Of a stretch of 64,000 nucleotides of DNA, positions 1-15,472 are shown piece by piece. The stretch spans positions 332,816,001 to 332,880,000 of the forward strand of contig OZ024740.1 of assembly GCA_964016885.1 (NCBI GenBank), given 5' to 3'. This DNA comes from Eledone cirrhosa. Taxonomy: Eukaryota. The notes under the pieces are model-generated. The model had not been told where the DNA came from and searched no databases. It saw only the letters and a program-made list of their open reading frames with translations. A program made the translations under genes and the position numbers. Within the stretch, counting starts at the first letter, position 1, and each line of letters begins with the position of its first letter.

Positions 1-566
1 GAGAAATAATTTCTATAACTATGGAGCATAGTGTTTAATAGAAGTTGAAACCTGTGTGCTGAGGGAATCATGTATCGCAAGATTTTACATGATTGTTGCT
101 GTTTCATAGAACCTAAAATGTGATAGGCGAAATATATTTTCGTTATTTTCCACTCTGCTATTTAGTTTTAATTTTAGCTTCAATGAAACTATCATTGATT
201 TCATCCTTATTTCTTCCAGAGTCGATAACGTATCCCCAAATCACCAATTGGTGATCGATGCATACGTCAACAATTCACAACTTGCTGAACAGTGGAAAGT
301 TTGGTTCACTGAAATGAATAAATGTTTAATTTAACATGTGGTGCTGCTTGAACTAGTACATACATAAGTCAAATCGTACTCTGCTATATGCACTCTAATG
401 GAAGGACTTTCGTCAATGTAAGCCGAACTCTAACTGAATAACAGCGATAATCATAACACAAATATTATTTATGAGTTCAGTGTTACTGTGATGGTAAATG
501 AGTTTATCTAAGGCGTGGATTCAACCTATAACCGAGTTGAATACATATCGAATATTATTTCAATGT

Positions 567-672
567 AAATCCCGCCGAGGTTAACTTTGCCTTTCATCCT
601 TACGGGGTCGAAAAAATAAAGTACCAGTAATACACTGAAAAAATTGCTGGACTTGTGCCAAAAGTAGAAACA
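567..672 (+). mobile_element. 5'-truncated tRNA-derived Nin-domain SINE with 13-bp TSD
   Basis: Core AAATCCCGCCGAGGTTAACTTTGCCTTTCATCCTTACGGGGTCGA..AAGTACCAG; ATTATTTCAATGT duplicated at 554-566 and 673-685. Confidence 0.85.
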
Positions 673-815
673 ATTATTTCAATGTTAAACTAACAACGGT
701 TTAGCGAGAATTGAATGTTTTAAAATTTATTGTTTCATGAATTTTACCTGCAATTGTCTTAACATGTATATGTAAAAAAATAAGTTCTTCAATATATATG
801 ACTATAAGTTCATAG

Positions 816-928
<113 letters not shown>

Positions 929-1001
929 ATATATATATATAATCTACTGTGTGTAATATTTATATTACAACACAACGGAAAAAACTGTATATATATATAT
1001 G

Positions 1002-1067
<66 letters not shown>

Positions 1068-1129
1068 CATACATACATACATACATACATACATACATAC
1101 ATACATACATACATACATACATACATTAC

Positions 1130-1471
1130 ATGGTGGCTGCCAACTCGTTTTCGAGTACGGCCACTACTTTATATCCATGTAGGAGAACCCCTACCGATGC
1201 GCTGAAGGAGTGTGACTTTTTAGTCCAGCCAGTGACTTGAAAACTCTGGTACAAACACTACACTTGTGACAATTATTGACACATAGTGCTGGGCCCATGG
1301 TACCATGTGATGACAAGTGCAGAGAGATCTCCAGATATAAAGCAATGCCTGTGCCGTGAAGCTTTTATAGTGAGCAAAGGCACTGCACAAAGCCAGTCCC
1401 ACTCCCTTAACCAAGATGATATTTACCAAAAAGAAGAACAAGTCAACATCAGTGGATACCATCAGGGTTGC
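1130..1471. repeat. ~340-bp dispersed repeat between (TACA)n arrays, copy 1
   Basis: Near-identical to 10242-10583 (ATGGTGGCTGCCAACTCG...GGATACCATCAGGGTTGCA). Confidence 0.85.
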
Positions 1472-1539
1472 ATACATACATACATACATACATACATACA
1501 TACATACATACATACATACATACATACATACATACATAC

Positions 1540-1810
1540 AAGATACATATTTAGCTTCATACCCATCATTTTGGAGCTACGGGTTATATACCAACCCGCT
1601 TGGACCAAAGTATGACAGAACTTGGATTTGCGGACAAAAAGCGCAGCTCCCTAATTGATAGTCTACAAATGGCTGCGATAGCTGGCACCTTCAAAATTTG
1701 CAAAACATTCTTGCGATTCAAGGGATGACAATTTCTTTTCTTTTCCAACCTTGCCACCAGGAAGGTGGCCAGTCAAAAAAAATGTACTCGAAATTAAGAG
1801 AAAGAGATAA
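1540..1810 (+). mobile_element. 3' fragment of an R4/Dong-like (restriction-like endonuclease) non-LTR retrotransposon
   Basis: With one frameshift reads [60 protein letters not shown], resembling the PIIxGALG..LQ..A..GT..I C-terminus of REL-type elements. Confidence 0.55.
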
Positions 1811-1833
1811 ACATACATACATATATATATATT

Positions 1834-1965
<132 letters not shown>

Positions 1966-2116
1966 ATATACACGGGTGTGTATGATTGTGTATAGAAGAT
2001 TATATTAATAAGAGGAATTCCAACTTTGCCTGATTTACTCGTTTTATTCACAATCCTTTAAAATTTATAATGGTATTATAATGAAATAGTATGATAGAAT
2101 ATTAAATTCTAAGTGT

Positions 2117-2307
2117 AGGTAGTGGCGGTAGATTGGCAGTATCGGTAGAGGGTCGGACGCCATGCTTTCCAGCATAGTTACGTCCCTTTACGATCTGAGT
2201 TCAAATCCCGCCGAGGTTGACTTTGCCTTTCATCCTTACGGGGTCGATAAAATAAAGTACCAGTAATGCACTGGTTAATTGCTGGCCTTGTGCCTAAAGT
2301 AGAAACA
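2117..2307 (+). mobile_element. Near full-length tRNA-derived Nin-domain SINE with 16-bp TSD
   Basis: A-box-like TGGCAGTATCGG, B-box GTTCAAATCC, Nin core; ATTAAATTCTAAGTGT duplicated at 2101-2116 and 2308-2323. Confidence 0.9.
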
Positions 2308-2418
2308 ATTAAATTCTAAGTGTTAATTGAACAAGTACTTTCATGCTTTCGCAATCTTCAGGTTCATAATATGAGGTGACAGTCAAATTTGCAATTTTCA
2401 ACTATATATATATATATT

Positions 2419-2686
2419 TATTAAAATAACAGATTAGAGTTTAAGCAAAGAATCGGTGCTTTCACCCTTAACGGGATCTTCTGAAACTAACAAAGTCAAT
2501 CTGTAAACGCAGAACTGGATATTTCAAAAAACGTTGCAACCGGAGGGTGAAAGCAGCGATTCTTTGCTTAAACTTTAATCTGTTATTTTAATAAATATTT
2601 GCTCTACGGTTCTTATATATTTGATATATATTTATCCTTATCGAGCCCTCTTTGGATTTTAGTCTTCAAATGTATTATTATAACTA
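2419..2686. mobile_element. PLE family A terminal fold-back (mini copy) in (TA)n
   Basis: Left arm starts TTATTAAAATAACAG; the right arm is its reverse complement plus ~90-nt tail; matches the ends of the 30149-33400 element. Confidence 0.85.
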
Positions 2687-2706
2687 TATATATATATATA
2701 TATATA

Positions 2707-2914
2707 GAAGTGGTTACACAACAGTTAGTTCACCATAACGAGAACAATTGTTTCACCATAGCGGATGCTCAACTCGTAAAGCGAGCTGAGGATCTGCTAA
2801 GGTGAAACAATTGTGCTCGGTATGGTGAACTAACTGTTGTGTAACCACTTCTACCTAACTCGTCCCATGGACTGAGTGTTCTACCACTACGGATATTACC
2901 TTCCAGTGTTCTAC

Positions 2915-2916
<2 letters not shown>
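2707..2916. mobile_element. PLE-type family E fold-back with tail and HHR motif
   Basis: Inverted arms GAAGTGGTTACAC.../...GTGTAACCACTTC; CTGAGGA 2786-2792 and GAAA 2804-2807; second copy at 53778-53990. Confidence 0.75.
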
Positions 2917-2970
<54 letters not shown>

Positions 2971-2972
<2 letters not shown>

Positions 2973-3331
2973 CTAAAAGGAAAAGAAAATGCTGACAAAT
3001 TGTTCCCAGTGAAAAATAGTTTAATTTGGAATAAGTAAAAATTAGTAATAAGTATTGGTTAGTATTCAGTTTTGGTTTTAAGTTTTTACCGGTTGCGCAT
3101 TTCTAATGCTTTTCAAAAATAATTTTGAGATAGAGCACCCTTGATTATTTTTGAAAAGCATTAGAAATGCGCAACAGGTAAAAACTTAAAACCAAAACTG
3201 AATACTAACCAATACTTATTACTAATTTTTACTTATTCCTAATTAAACTATTTTCACTGGGAACAATTTGTCAGCATTTTCTTTTCCTTTTACCAATATA
3301 TCATAACTCGTGTGTTACATCTCTATTTTTT

Positions 3332-3332
<1 letters not shown>
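2971..3332. mobile_element. PLE family C terminal fold-back
   Basis: ~150-bp inverted arms; same sequence at 40468-40833 and at 42916-43140, where it is joined to a PLE RT. Confidence 0.8.
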
Positions 3333-3423
<91 letters not shown>

Positions 3424-4089
3424 GGGGGCGGTGGCATAGAGGTGTGTGGTATTATATATGTGTTGATTGGCTGAAATTTGTGTTTGAAACTCGGATACAT
3501 TTCAGAGGTGACATCTAATTTAAACATCTGAAATAAATTGTTTAACATGTTTGTTTAGACTTCGGCTAATAATTTCGTGAATGTAGACATTTCATTGATT
3601 TTATTCTGTAAATAGTTGATATATTATTAGAAGTGTCATATAGATCTAAGCCAGTGTGTAATGCTGATGTTAGGGTTAAATTGTATGGAGAATTAAATGA
3701 TATTGAACAAGATGACGTAAAGTTACAGTCGGGAATTGCCAGTGAATGATTATGATTAGATTCTGGAATTTAGAAATTTTGTGATTTTATTTTATTCGTA
3801 TGTCTCACGTTATTTGTGTATGATGTCGATTGAACGTGGTGAGGGGAAAAGTAATATTATATGAAGTATTGAAATAGCAAGTATAAAAAGCAATCGTTTT
3901 TAATAGAACAATGTACACTTATTTTCTGCGTTATTTTCACTATATATATATATACATGGATGCGTATTTCTAACCACAGATACACGACGTCCAGCTCACG
4001 TATGTGCTTTACTTCTGACAAACCAATTTAAAGGAAGGCTAAATTAGATGAGAATAACTTTTAAATCCACTTTTCTATCAATGTACGTA

Positions 4090-4262
4090 AATAATTGTTT
4101 CTACTTTAGGCACAAGGCCAGCAATTATCCAGTGCATTACTGGTACTTTATTTTATCGACCCCGTAAGGATGAAAGGCAAAGTCAACCTCGGCCGGATTT
4201 GAACTCAGATCGTAACTATGCTGGAAAGCATGGCGTCCGACCCTCTACCGATACTGCCAATG
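4090..4262 (-). mobile_element. Nin-domain SINE
   Basis: Reverse complement of the 2117-2307 copy with internal deletions. Confidence 0.85.
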
Positions 4263-4379
4263 GTTGGGAGTTTGAAACGACGATCTGTCAAAAGGTGCCA
4301 GTGGTTTCAGCACATATTGTACAGTATATATAACTGGGTCAAGGTAAGCCTGAACGAGTCGTGGACGTAGATGTTGGAC

Positions 4380-4684
<305 letters not shown>

Positions 4685-4688
4685 AATG

Positions 4689-4736
<48 letters not shown>

Positions 4737-4859
4737 TATGTATATATATACATATACATACATATATATATATATGTAGGAGGTGAGTTTTATTGTAGCA
4801 CAATAAAGCAATACAAATATCAGATAAGTAGCACTCTACAGTTTGTAGGACTGGAGTAT

Positions 4860-4985
4860 AAATAATTGTTTCTATTACCCAGTGCATTACTGGTACTTTA
4901 TTTTATCGACCCCGTAAGGATGAAAGGCAAAGTTAACCATGGTGGGATTTGAACTCAGAATGGCAAGGGCCGTAACTCTATACGT
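4860..4985 (-). mobile_element. Nin-domain SINE fragment
   Basis: CTGGTACTTTATTTTATCGACCCCGTAAGGATGAAAGGCAAAGTTAACC..GGATTTGAACTCAG. Confidence 0.85.
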
Positions 4986-5005
4986 CAAATATATATATAG
5001 AGCAA

Positions 5006-5225
5006 GAGATGTCAACACGAATGGACCTGTTATTTTTATCTGAAGGCATTTTTTCCTATTCCAACCCGCTCGTCCCCTGAATAGATTTTATTTCTCATTC
5101 TTTCTTCTGATGAAGGACTAGCATCCGGAACGTTAAGACCCTCTTCTTGCTATATCAAGCGTTAACCTAATATATATCTTCCATATACTGTACCCATTGT
5201 GTTGTTATTTCTGTTTACCTTTTAC
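5006..5225 (+). mobile_element. PLE-type family F terminus with minimal HHR motif
   Basis: TCTT-CTGATGA(5107-5113)-AGGActagcaTCC-GGAA-CGTT-AAGA; the inverted copy at 4380 retains GAAA. Confidence 0.65.
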
Positions 5226-5344
<119 letters not shown>

Positions 5345-5954
5345 CATGAGGAGGGCGCATATGATAAGGACAATAGTAAAACGAATAATCGCTTCTCATC
5401 AGCCAAGGATGCTTAACAGAAGATCGTAATGCCGTCGATTTAATTCATGAAAAGGCTGCTGCATTTTGTTCTTGAAGAAAACGGTATATTTCATGCTGTT
5501 ACAGTTGAATCAGCTAAGAGTGTGTATCAGCTTAATCTGGGGAATTAAACCTGAAATAGACCGGCTTCCTGGTCACGGAGGATTTTGTAACCTCAGATGC
5601 TTAAACCAAGGATAGCGGGTGATTTGACGAGCCTTCGTCATCAACATTAGGATGCAATAAACGAGGGAGATTCAGGTCAATTTGTATATATCTGCGATTC
5701 CATCAAAAATGGTACAAACGAATGTACTTGAACTATAACCGAAGAGATATAAACGCAGTGCACGGTAGGTAAAACAAACTGAGGAAAAATAGAAGGGTGA
5801 AAATAGGGAAGCATAAATTTTGAATGTAGATCTACGTACGAGACAAATGACAGGCAGGTTAAGGAGTGTAAGTAAAAGTATGAAAGACAAATAGACTTTG
5901 AGCAATGTAATATCTGTTTAGGTATATACAGGCGTTAAAAAGATATATCAATGT

Positions 5955-6065
<111 letters not shown>

Positions 6066-6074
6066 TATATATAT

Positions 6075-6316
6075 ATTTCGTTTCTGAATTTGTTTAGCAA
6101 GATTCTTTATCTGAAAACGTGTGTTGAAATCAATATTGTTATACTTTGTGAGGGTCACGTTGCCAATAAGAAACACACGCACCATGCTTTCACTACAATT
6201 TATTATAAATTAAATTTATAAATTTAAAAATTTATATATTTCCGGTTGGTTGGTTGGTTCCATAACCGGACGGTTGTTCATATATTGTCAAAGTTCTTTC
6301 GTCACACAGAACTTTG

Positions 6317-6320
<4 letters not shown>
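6075..6320 (-). mobile_element. PLE-type family H terminus (rearranged)
   Basis: Shares blocks with 8095-8270, 41475-42000 and 58800-58850. Confidence 0.65.
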
Positions 6321-6388
<68 letters not shown>

Positions 6389-6427
6389 AAACATAACAAG
6401 GACGATTGGTTACTCCTTCATTTCCCT

Positions 6428-6480
<53 letters not shown>

Positions 6481-7247
6481 ATCTTTTTATCTTGCATGAT
6501 AATATCATTCTTTATTTATAGGTTATAAACAACAAAAACTAAGAAGATGAATGAGCTGTTAGAAGGAAAAAGAAACTATTTTATGTTAATGAATATAACA
6601 GTTAATTAGATAACGTGAATAGAAGATAACATTTAATAAATACAGTTGTCAATGAATCTAAAATTGTAAAAGAAAAAGAGCAAATATGATGACAGAATAC
6701 GTAGTTGCAGACAGATTGAAAGTAGCGGAAGTTGCAGTGGTTTTTGTTTGTTTTTATGTGTGATATACAAATAATATTGTTGAATGAAAAATATTGATAT
6801 AGTTCAATGTTTGAAATATTAAGAACAACAATCAGAGAATAGTTTATACAACAGTAACAAGAACAGCATAGCAATAACACCTTATTTGGGGTGTCGACGT
6901 TTGGAAACTAGATTAATAGATGTTGGAATACAACTGCAACTATTACTACTGTTGGTGAAGATTCTACAGTTGTGATATGTTGTTATGTGTTTACAAAGGA
7001 AAATGCTAATGGTGACGGTAGTAGGGAGTATTTTGATGCTGTTAATGATGAAAATTATGACAGTGACGATGATGATAGTAATCATTTCATATATGATGGA
7101 GGGTGAGTTTGATGAAGTGTGGAAATAATTTATGCAAATATTTAGGAAAGTGTCTATATATGTATCATATTTTAGGTGAGAAAGTCTAATGCGTATATAA
7201 TTCATTTACACACCCGGGAAAAGCAAACAACCACGCACACACAAATA

Positions 7248-7320
<73 letters not shown>

Positions 7321-7482
7321 AACATGCCACCTGCAGACAGATGATGTCGGATACGCCATACCAGTAGACGGAGCAGGCTGTTTGCTATTTGGGTGAGATA
7401 TGGATTTGAAGGGCGTGATTAAATTTAGAGTTTTGTTTATGGTGCATGTGGTAGAGTCATGTGTGTTAAATTCATTATTATA

Positions 7483-7583
7483 TCCCGCCGAGGTGAACTT
7501 TGCCTTTCATCCTTATGGGGTCGATAAAATAAAGTACCAGTAATGTACTGATAAATTGTGGCCTTGTGCCAAAAGTAGAAACA
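7483..7583 (+). mobile_element. 5'-truncated Nin-domain SINE
   Basis: Nin core; ATTATTAT on both sides as a possible TSD. Confidence 0.85.
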
Positions 7584-7781
7584 ATTATTATGATTAACGT
7601 TTTCTGTTTTCCTGGGTCCAAGAATAAGCTGGCTTCGGTTTACATTTATATACTATCTGGCATATATATATATATATACATGGACGTATGTATATATAAA
7701 CTACCATTGAATCCCAGCGTCAGTCAAGGTGTTTTTCTCTATAACCACCTACGTATTTATCTAACTCTTTCTCTCTCTTTA

Positions 7782-7907
<126 letters not shown>

Positions 7908-7933
7908 TATACACATACACACATACACATATA

Positions 7934-7978
<45 letters not shown>

Positions 7979-7996
7979 GCATATATGTATATATAT

Positions 7997-8302
<306 letters not shown>

Positions 8303-8402
8303 AAGAGAGAGAGAGAAAGAGTTAGATAAATACGTAGGTAGTTATAGAGAAAACACCTTGATTGACGCTGAGATTCAATGGTAGTTTATATATACATACG
8401 TC

Positions 8403-8457
<55 letters not shown>

Positions 8458-8651
8458 GCCAGATACTATATAAATGTAAACCGAACCCATCTTATTCTTG
8501 TTACATAATTCTGCAGATGACACCTGGTGCGATCCCATTCTCTTGCAACATTATCGAATGATCGAGCTGGGTCATCGAAATATGTATAGTGATTTCATGG
8601 AAGTAAAGTTAGAAATTAAATTTCTCTCACCGGCATTCTACGGTTGTAATG

Positions 8652-8720
<69 letters not shown>

Positions 8721-9218
8721 CATACATATCCCACAATTCTCATTAGTTAACAGACAATCTTACTTCAAACAAGCATTTAACCTCGTGTTGTCTGTAATAG
8801 TAACTGTTGATATGTAGGTTATATCTTGGATATATAAGTCCAAAGAATTACAACAATAACATTATATTTTAGCAATATGTGAAAAAGTGTACGATGTATT
8901 CAAAGGTATGTCTGCTTGAAGCAAGTTAAATAATTTGATCTGGATCAAGATCAGGGCTCAATTATGAGTTAATGTGAAATACGTGATGCCGTATTACATA
9001 TAATTGATTGCTTTAAATACCATCTGCTTACATCCATACACATACACACACACAGACGCACACATACACACATACATATACATACACACACGCACACACA
9101 CACACACATGTATATATATATATATATATATAATTATATATAAATATATTTAGACAGAGAGAGAAAGAGAGTTTAGATAGGAAAATGCATAACAAGATTT
9201 ATAGAGACACAGACAGTC

Positions 9219-9278
<60 letters not shown>

Positions 9279-9470
9279 TATATATGTGTGTGAGTGTATG
9301 TACGTATATATATATGTATATATGTATATATATCTATATACGTATATATATAAATGTATATATATATATATACATATATGAATATATATATGTATATATA
9401 TATATATATATATTTATAATTTATATATATATATATGTGAAGATATATATATATATATATATATAGATGA

Positions 9471-9514
<44 letters not shown>

Positions 9515-9516
9515 CA

Positions 9517-9557
<41 letters not shown>

Positions 9558-9633
9558 CATATGTATATATATACATGTATATATATATATATATATACAC
9601 ATATATATACATACGTGTGTATATATATATATC

Positions 9634-9733
<100 letters not shown>

Positions 9734-9747
9734 TATATACATACATA

Positions 9748-10080
9748 TTGGGATCGACTAGACAAACTCAACAAGATCAAACTCGCATACCACCACAACA
9801 ATAGAGCACATTCAGTTTCATCAGTTTGCCACACTCTCTTTGACATTACACCAAAACAGAAACAGACCCCATAAAGTTCAAAAGGTCTGTGGCCAAATTC
9901 CTTCAAGAAATGGCGGATAAACTTCCTACACATGGATATGTCTCCGCAAACAATAACTCCCTTCATGAGTGGGCCATGGTGTCAAAATCCTGATTTGAAA
10001 GACATCGCCAGGTGTGCTATTAGGTTAAACATGTCCTGGGCCTATACTGACCAAAACCTATCAAAGTTATCAAAGTTACA
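9748..10080 (+). mobile_element. CR1-group LINE 3' end fragment
   Basis: Reads ..[38 protein letters not shown], the FKxxLDKFL..PD.P..GY..NSL type C-terminus. Confidence 0.6.
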
Positions 10081-10160
10081 TGTATAAATATACATACATA
10101 TATATATACACATATATATAAATACATATATAAATATATACCGAAACATATATATAACTG

Positions 10161-10232
<72 letters not shown>

Positions 10233-10241
10233 CATAAATAT

Positions 10242-10695
10242 ATGGTGGCTGCCAACTCGTTTTCGAGTACGGCCACTACTTTATATCCATGGAGGAGAAC
10301 TCCTACCGATGCACTGAACGAGTGTCACTTTTTAGTCCAACCAGCGACTTGAAAACTCTGGTACCAACACTAGATTTGTGACAATTATTGACACATAGTG
10401 CTGGGCCCATGGTAACATGTGATGACAAGTGCAGAGAGATCTCCAGATATAAAGCAATGCCTGTACCGTGAAGCTTTTATAGTGAGCAAAGGCACTGCAC
10501 AAAGCCAGTCCAACTCTATTAACCAAGATGATATTTACCAAAAAGAAGAACAAGGCAACATCATTGGATACCATCAGGGTTGCAGGTGTTATATCAGAGT
10601 TTTCCTTCTCCTAGAATTCTGCCCTGACAAAGGCTAAGGGGCCATCTCTCCCGGTGATTTTGGATGGATGGCCATTGACTCTTAAGAGCTCCTTA
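10242..10695. repeat. ~340-bp dispersed repeat, copy 2, with a longer 3' extension
   Basis: Matches 1130-1471, then continues GAGTTTTCCTTCTCCTAG... Confidence 0.8.
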
Positions 10696-10708
10696 AATAT
10701 ATACATGT

Positions 10709-10995
<287 letters not shown>

Positions 10996-11161
10996 GATAT
11001 GTACAAAATGTATATATATATATATATATTTATATATACATATTCATATGCATGTATTGTATATATATATATATATATATAAATATATATCTTCATATAT
11101 ATATATATATTTATATAGATGAGATTCTACAGGACTAGAACTGTTTCACTCTTTAGAAATG

Positions 11162-11222
<61 letters not shown>

Positions 11223-11224
11223 CG

Positions 11225-11329
<105 letters not shown>

Positions 11330-11557
11330 ATGTATGACTGTATGTATGTATGTATGTATGTATACATATATATATTTATGTACGTTTATAAATGGCAGCT
11401 AACACCACCTGGCACGGTCTCTAAAAAGTTTGCCGCTGATCGTGACCGTTAGCCAGTACTTACTGCTCGATGCGCCGAACGGCGCGGAAGATTCTAAGAC
11501 TAAGACTATGACATATATACATATACATCTATAGATATATGTACACATATAGGTATA

Positions 11558-11601
<44 letters not shown>

Positions 11602-11831
11602 GAAGGAAATGTGGTAAGGAACCAGGTGGACCATAACGCACCAAAGTACTCAATACTTAGGGTAGTAGAGTGGGTAATAGGAACAAATAAGACCCCATAC
11701 ATATATATACACATATACATATATACATATGTACATATATATATATATTTATATGTATATACATATATATATATATATATATATAAATACATATATATGT
11801 ATGTATATATATATAAATATATATTTATGCG

Positions 11832-11946
<115 letters not shown>

Positions 11947-12346
11947 AGAGATGAAATATGCATACGCAACCTCCACAAACACACACGAGAGATTTATATC
12001 AGCTGAAGAGAATCTCATGCATTTTTCTTTTATGGCGAATCAATATTCTACACAAGAAGATATTCTATTAATATAGTAACATTAGAAAGAAGTCAATGTT
12101 ATAAGCAAGGTCACTGAAAGCAAATACTGACTAAACGGTAAACATTTATCAAAGCAAGAAGCACTAATATTCTATATATTTGGCAAATATGGGAAAATTA
12201 TCAGCAAACTTAGATTTAATCATGTACTAAATGCTATGAATTACAGTAATTGCCTAATATATTTTGACGAGTGTCGTAAAAGTTTTGTAAAAAAACAACA
12301 ACACAATGGGGTGTGCTAAACTTTAAGATTCGGTATATCGTTTTCA

Positions 12347-12411
<65 letters not shown>

Positions 12412-12533
12412 AAGTGAGAGAGAGTGTGAGAGAGAGGGAGATACACACACACATATATATGTATTGCTCATTCATATATGCTTCAAATATTTTATCCCCT
12501 CCTCCACTCTGTGTTTCCACCTTTCTCTCTCTC

Positions 12534-12601
<68 letters not shown>

Positions 12602-12619
12602 GTGTGTGTGTGTGTGTGT

Positions 12620-12727
<108 letters not shown>

Positions 12728-12987
12728 CGCCAAAGTTTCGACCCAATTTCAGGAAAAGGTACTGCGCCAAATCGGTTTAAAGTTTTGTTATCTACATTGC
12801 CTTTACCTAAATATTATGGAGTAACCTCAGAATATAACACTTTTCACTTTTAAAGTAAACACACTTTAAATGTCGAGAATGGTATTTCGGTAAGTTCTTT
12901 TCTTAAAAAGGAAAACAATTTTCATTCAATCTGCCTTAGTTTCGCAGAAAGTTTTGACGGAACTTCATTTTCGGTGAAACGTTGAAT

Positions 12988-13022
<35 letters not shown>

Positions 13023-13026
<4 letters not shown>

Positions 13027-13190
13027 CCCAAGATGACTCACTCAATACACACGAGCTTTTCCTAAAATAGGTTTCTCTTTCTTTCTCTGCAGAACGTAAT
13101 TCATATTTTATTCTCCATACTACATTTTGATGAAGTACTAATATCCGAAACGTAGTAATACTTTTCGGATTATGCCAAGCGTTAAACTAA
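13023..13190 (+). mobile_element. PLE-type terminus with degenerate HHR
   Basis: TACTAC..TTGATGA(13127-13133)..GAAA(13147-13150)-CGTAGTA; begins at a (TA)n array. Confidence 0.5.
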
Positions 13191-13529
13191 TTCATTTCTT
13201 CATTGCAGTGAGATGTGTGCTGATTTTATTTAGTTTGCGTGTGAAAAAGAATGAGGCCCACTTGTATATATATTTGCACGACATTTTCATGTGTATTGAA
13301 CATACAGAAATAGTTCTGTATCTGAATAAAATATTTATATATATATATATATATATAAGCGATGAAATGCCTATGATGGTTGGAAGATCACTGATGAAGG
13401 ACAAACTTTTTTCATATGTAACCCATTTGCAACTCCGCAGCGCCCTTATTATCATATATATATATATATAGATAGATACGGGTGTGTGGGTATGTGTGAG
13501 TGCGTGTGTGTGTGTATATATTTATAAAT

Positions 13530-13563
<34 letters not shown>

Positions 13564-13569
13564 GTATAT

Positions 13570-13805
13570 ATTCTATTTATTTTCACTTCATGTATTATAT
13601 TTATTTTTATTTCTATTTTTCCCGTCCTCTCATGTTTTACCCGCTTCCTCCACCCTCACTCCTTGTCCGAGTTCACCCCACTCTCCAGATGAAGAGCTTA
13701 TGTCCGAAACGTCCCAAAGAACAGCCCTCTACTCTCATCAAGCGCGAAGCTAATAACACCATGTAACATGTACTCCTGCATTTGTTTGTTAATTGTTATT
13801 TCGAA
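13570..13805 (+). mobile_element. PLE-type terminus with HHR-like motif (CAGATGA core)
   Basis: CAGATGA 13686-13692 ... GAAACGTC 13706-13713; flanked by (TA)n. Confidence 0.5.
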
Positions 13806-13847
13806 CTATATATATATATATATGTGAGAAATGAAATTTCATCTTTT

Positions 13848-13894
<47 letters not shown>

Positions 13895-13896
<2 letters not shown>

Positions 13897-14087
13897 AAAA
13901 TGTATGACCCCGACGGCAGAGCTCAAGCCGATTGGACGGCTATTTCTGGAGTCTAAAAATAGCCGTCGAAATGCCTCGAGCTCTGCCGTCGGGGTCATAC
14001 ATTTTCCTATTACCCACTCTAATATCCTAAGTATTGAGTACTCTGGTGCGTTATGGTCCATCTGGTTCTTTACCACAACTCCTTCGC
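13895..14087. mobile_element. PLE-type family J fold-back with tail
   Basis: GGAAAATGTATGACCCCGACGGCAGAGCTC / GAGCTCTGCCGTCGGGGTCATACATTTTCC arms; the tail matches 11598-11690 in reverse. Confidence 0.75.
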
Positions 14088-14118
<31 letters not shown>

Positions 14119-14141
14119 GTATATACATATATATGTATATA

Positions 14142-14208
<67 letters not shown>

Positions 14209-14306
14209 TTATATATATGAATATATGTATATATATATATATATACATTTACATATATATATGTATATATGTATATATGTATATATATATATTCATATTT
14301 ATGTGC

Positions 14307-14427
<121 letters not shown>

Positions 14428-14464
14428 TATACATATATATACATGCACACATGCATACATGTAC

Positions 14465-14518
<54 letters not shown>

Positions 14519-15163
14519 ACTACATGAATGTGTGATAGTTAAAATGAGGCCCTCATTAGGCCATATATTTTTATTCTGTTGAAAACACCTACATTCTACA
14601 TATGATATCCATAATGTTTCACATATGGGAATTGATGCTTCTAGACATATTGATTCACATGGATAAAAAGACCACGCGACAGATTCGCATGCGCTGCTCA
14701 TGAACACACTTGAACCTATGCCTTCAGGCATAAGTTTCGTGATCCTCACTTCTTTTACCACTACATGAATAGCCTCTACTACTCAATGGTGGATGCACTC
14801 ATATCAACTCTATGTAAATCATCCCTACTTACATATATGTCCTTTTCATATTGAGACCACCTCTTGAACCACGACTAACCACAATCTTCAGCAATCCTTC
14901 CACCTGAATGTTAGCTTTCGTAATTAGGTCCCTAACATAATTTTTTTCCTACAGCCTGCTGCACTTTAAGAGAAAGTTTAACGGCTTCGTTCTCTTTTAT
15001 CATAGAAGACGTTTGAAATATATGCACACAACTTCTTTCTCTCAACGAAACCAATGATACTAATTTTGCAATAAGTACTTTTGCTATTAGTTCTTCTCAC
15101 AGTTTGAACATACTTGCTTTTACCTCTACTCATTTATATACATATATACATACATACAGACAT

Positions 15164-15218
<55 letters not shown>

Positions 15219-15251
15219 TGTGTGTGTGTGTATGTGTATATATATATGTAT

Positions 15252-15346
<95 letters not shown>

Positions 15347-15384
15347 TATAAATATATATATATATATATGTATATATATACATA

Positions 15385-15472
<88 letters not shown>

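Noticed and set aside
219-334. Plus-strand acceptor (TTCTTCCAG) followed by VDNVSPNHQLVIDAYVNNSQLAEQWKVWFTEMNKCLI*
   Set aside because: Short, with no recognisable family; it could be chance or a decayed retroelement fragment.
2125-2210. tRNA gene
   Set aside because: The A and B boxes belong to the SINE head; no cloverleaf is evident.
5505-5551. Minus-strand acceptor as exon 2 of the candidate receptor
   Set aside because: Phase-1 reading gives GLIPQIKLIHTLS* with an early stop and no receptor similarity.
11394-11512. GC-rich island ending in (AAGACT)n
   Set aside because: Probably a LINE 3' tail, but it is a single copy here and cannot be assigned.
14540-15100. Possible old RTE-type LINE 3' fragment on the minus strand
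   Set aside because: Only a vague resemblance (GSRGG..RDDL); too degenerate to call without a search.
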